In this document: piece after piece, positions 62,181-64,000 of the stretch
Numbering within the stretch: the stretch's first letter is position 1
Layout of the letters: every line of letters begins with the position of its first letter
Source: an uncultured Pseudomonadota bacterium
GTDB lineage: Bacteria > Pseudomonadota > Gammaproteobacteria > Burkholderiales > SG8-39
DNA length: 64,000 bases
Reading direction: 5' to 3'
Assembly: GCA_903921325.1 (NCBI GenBank)
Contig: CAIXPL010000037.1
Location: forward strand, 287,621 to 351,620
Position numbers and translations under genes: made by a program
Notes under the pieces: model-generated
The model's input: only the letters and a program-made list of their open reading frames with translations
The model's database searches: none
What the model was told of the DNA's origin: nothing

Positions 62181-63593
62181 TCAGAAGCGGACGTAGTCAT
62201 AATCAAGCGCCGGCAGCGAATTGATGCCGCGCGCCGGTGGCGCGATCCAGCCCGCAATCCGGCCGGGTTCCAGCACCGGCTGCATCACGGCGCGCAGCAA
62301 ATCGCGATCGGTGTCGGTCGGCAGGAAAGGTGACCCGCTGGCACCGTCAAGGTTCGCGTTGAGTGGCTCGCCCTCGGGCGTGTAAGCGGCGCCGGCAAAG
62401 GGTCCGAATCGCCGGTTGAACCGCTCACTGGGTAGACGCAGGGCGAACGATACACCCGCGCGCTCGATGATCCTGTTCAGACGGGTCAACAGCACCTTCA
62501 CTTCGGCCGACCATTGCTGCCGCGCCACCGCGTTGAGTACCTCACGGGCCGGCAGACGCACCTGATCGATGCCCGTGCGAGTCGGTCGCTCGATGGTCAC
62601 CGGTTCATCGAGCCGCTGATGTTCAGCAAATCCGCTCTCATGGGCGCGACTGCGCAGGCCGGCATCAAAGGCCTCGGCGACCCGCCTCGATTGATCATTG
62701 CCAAACAGGTCATGGATGCGTGGCGCCCACTGATTGATGTAGCGCTGGATGGTTGCAAGCGGGATGCCACCGGCCGCACCGATGTCATCGCGATCCAGTT
62801 CACGCATCAGTTGCAGCGTTCGCTCAACCACACGGCGCAGGCCATCCTCACCGATGAACATGTGATGCGCCTCTTCGGTCAGCATGAACTGCGCGCTGCG
62901 CGCGAGCGGATCGAACGCACTCTCGGCAACCGAGAGCAACTGGTATTTGCCATCGCGATCGGCCAGAAAACACCACAGGAAGTGTGACAGCCAATCATCG
63001 ATCGGCTCATTGAAGGCATCGAGCAGGCGCGGTGCGGTTGCATCGCCCGAGCGCCGTGCCAGCAGATGCTCGGCTTCGTCACGCCCCTGCGCACCAAAGT
63101 ATTCATACAGCAGGTGCACCATGGCCCAGAGATGACGGCCTTCCTCGACGCTGAATTGCACCAGATTGCGCAGGTCATACAGACTCGGTGCAATGGCGGC
63201 CAGGCGGCGCGCCTGTTCCACCGAACCCGGCTCGGTATCGCCTTGTATGACCAGATGGTGCATCAGGTAAGGGCGATGCTCATCGGGCACATCCTGCCAG
63301 ACGGGTTGACCGGCCCGCGCGCCAAAAAGTACCCGCTTGTCAGCTCGCGCCGGGGTCTGGAAGACGCCCCAGCGATACTCTGACAGCGGCCGCTGCGCGT
63401 AACTGGCCCAACCTTCGGCATTCACACCAATCGGTGTTCTCAGATAAACCGACGCAGCGCGGGTGGCGAGCGGCCCTGTTGCCGCCCACCAATCTCGATA
63501 TTGGCGGTCAAACGATTGCAGCAGGGCGAGCAGTTGCGGCTTGTCTGCCAGGCCGACATTGTTCGGTATCGCGCAGGCGAGATCGACCTCCAT
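62181..63593 (-). CDS. boxB: BoxB-like diiron oxygenase (benzoyl-CoA 2,3-epoxidase subunit B family)
   Basis: 470 aa, collinear with Azoarcus BoxB as I recall it. Shared segments: IPNNV, YRWG.F, IQGDTEP.SVEQ, APSLYDLRNL, diiron motifs VEEGRHLWAM and MLTEEAHHMF, DRDGKYQL, AESAFDPLAR, and a C-terminal WIAPPARGIN...YVRF. Confidence 0.75.
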   Translation of the reverse strand: MEVDLACAIPNNVGLADKPQLLALLQSFDRQYRDWWAATGPLATRAASVYLRTPIGVNAEGWASYAQRPLSEYRWGVFQTPARADKRVLFGARAGQPVWQDVPDEHRPYLMHHLVIQGDTEPGSVEQARRLAAIAPSLYDLRNLVQFSVEEGRHLWAMVHLLYEYFGAQGRDEAEHLLARRSGDATAPRLLDAFNEPIDDWLSHFLWCFLADRDGKYQLLSVAESAFDPLARSAQFMLTEEAHHMFIGEDGLRRVVERTLQLMRELDRDDIGAAGGIPLATIQRYINQWAPRIHDLFGNDQSRRVAEAFDAGLRSRAHESGFAEHQRLDEPVTIERPTRTGIDQVRLPAREVLNAVARQQWSAEVKVLLTRLNRIIERAGVSFALRLPSERFNRRFGPFAGAAYTPEGEPLNANLDGASGSPFLPTDTDRDLLRAVMQPVLEPGRIAGWIAPPARGINSLPALDYDYVRF

Positions 63594-63620
63594 GTCAAGC
63601 CACTGGAACCATGCGTACGC

Positions 63621-64000
63621 TCACTGCACCGGATGCAGACAGACCGAGGCGTTGCCACTTGCCGAGGATTGCCCATAGGGGCCGTGTTGCACGCCGCGGT
63701 AATTGTGTCGGGTCTCATCGAGCGTGCCCAGGATGGTCGCCAGCACCCGACCGCCCACTTCGGCAACCACTGACTTGGCGTAATCGGGCAGCCACTGTTT
63801 GGCCTGGGCAATCTGGCCGCTGGTGAGCATGTCGATGAAGCGGAAATCGGTGTCCATGAACTCGCTGGGTGGCCATTTGTCCTGCCCGCGCTCAATGCGA
63901 TGCGCGAAACTGGTGCTGCCAACCACCGCGATGCGCTTGCCGGTCTTCTCGGCGGCACGCCGGATTGCGCCACCGACGGCCAGGCATTCATCGAGCGGGG
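63621..64000 (-). CDS. Partial CDS (C-terminal about 126 codons; 5' end outside the window). Possible class III extradiol dioxygenase (LigB/Memo superfamily)-like protein.
   Basis: The frame is open to the window edge (PLDECLAVGGAIRRAAEKTGKRIAVVGSTSFAHRIE...DTDFRFIDMLTSGQI...). KRIAVVGSTSFAH resembles the (V/I)xGSGxLSH segment of LigB-type enzymes. The stop lies 27 nt before the boxB-like ATG. Confidence 0.35.
   Translation of the reverse strand, partial: PLDECLAVGGAIRRAAEKTGKRIAVVGSTSFAHRIERGQDKWPPSEFMDTDFRFIDMLTSGQIAQAKQWLPDYAKSVVAEVGGRVLATILGTLDETRHNYRGVQHGPYGQSSASGNASVCLHPVQ

Noticed and set aside
1-64000. CRISPR arrays, transposases, integrases, prophage or defence-island genes, and rRNA or tRNA genes.
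   Set aside because: None could be identified by eye. The repeats present are short intergenic direct repeats or in-frame coding repeats, every large ORF has a housekeeping assignment, and gene order matches conserved core synteny (for example accD-folC-dedD-cvpA-purF and leuCDB-asd-fimV-truA-trpFBA).

Overview
The window is a GC-rich, gene-dense stretch of chromosomal backbone. Its gene order looks betaproteobacterial (Burkholderiales/Rhodocyclales-like); that is an inference from synteny and protein motifs, and no search was run. I can support about 58 protein-coding genes, nearly all recognisable housekeeping functions.

Genes in order along the window:
- Cox/XDH-type molybdoenzyme subunits in L-M-S order.
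- A small Cys/His ribbon membrane protein, then PilS/PilR-like two-component genes, then ampD.
- nrdAB, preceded by a promoter and tandem NrdR boxes.
- A Lys/Ala-rich histone-H1-like gene.
- An SLT transglycosylase, an aminotransferase, maeB, a PhaM-like gene, a FIST gene and qor.
- A NUDIX gene paired with a CobD-like gene.
- rsgA, a pterin dehydratase (PCD) and an M48 peptidase, with orn divergent.
- A D-lactate dehydrogenase-like FAD oxidase and a GT39 glycosyltransferase.
- rpmE, rho and trxA, then a CBS protein, aroC and an MFS transporter.
- The conserved block leuCDB-asd-fimV-truA-trpFBA-accD-folC-dedD-cvpA-purF-metZ.
- An orphan solute-binding protein.
- lpxH-ppiB-ppiA-TPR, with cysS divergent.
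- dnaJ-dnaK-grpE, a DUF360 gene, hemH and ybiT.
- A BoxB-like diiron oxygenase preceded by a partial LigB-like gene at the right edge.

I found no rRNA, tRNA, CRISPR array, transposase, integrase or prophage gene.

I did not find a convincing new multi-gene system. The observations most worth a second look are:
1. The H1-like gene is split at an A10 tract. A -1 shift there restores about 88 further codons of the same Lys/Ala/Pro-rich composition, and the intrinsic terminator lies after the extended frame.
2. The BoxB-like epoxidase gene is adjacent to neither boxA nor boxC and is coupled to a LigB-like gene.
3. A TRASH-like membrane mini-protein is translationally coupled to the PilS/PilR-like pair.

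Many long ORFs on the opposite strand of real genes are GC-bias artefacts and were rejected.
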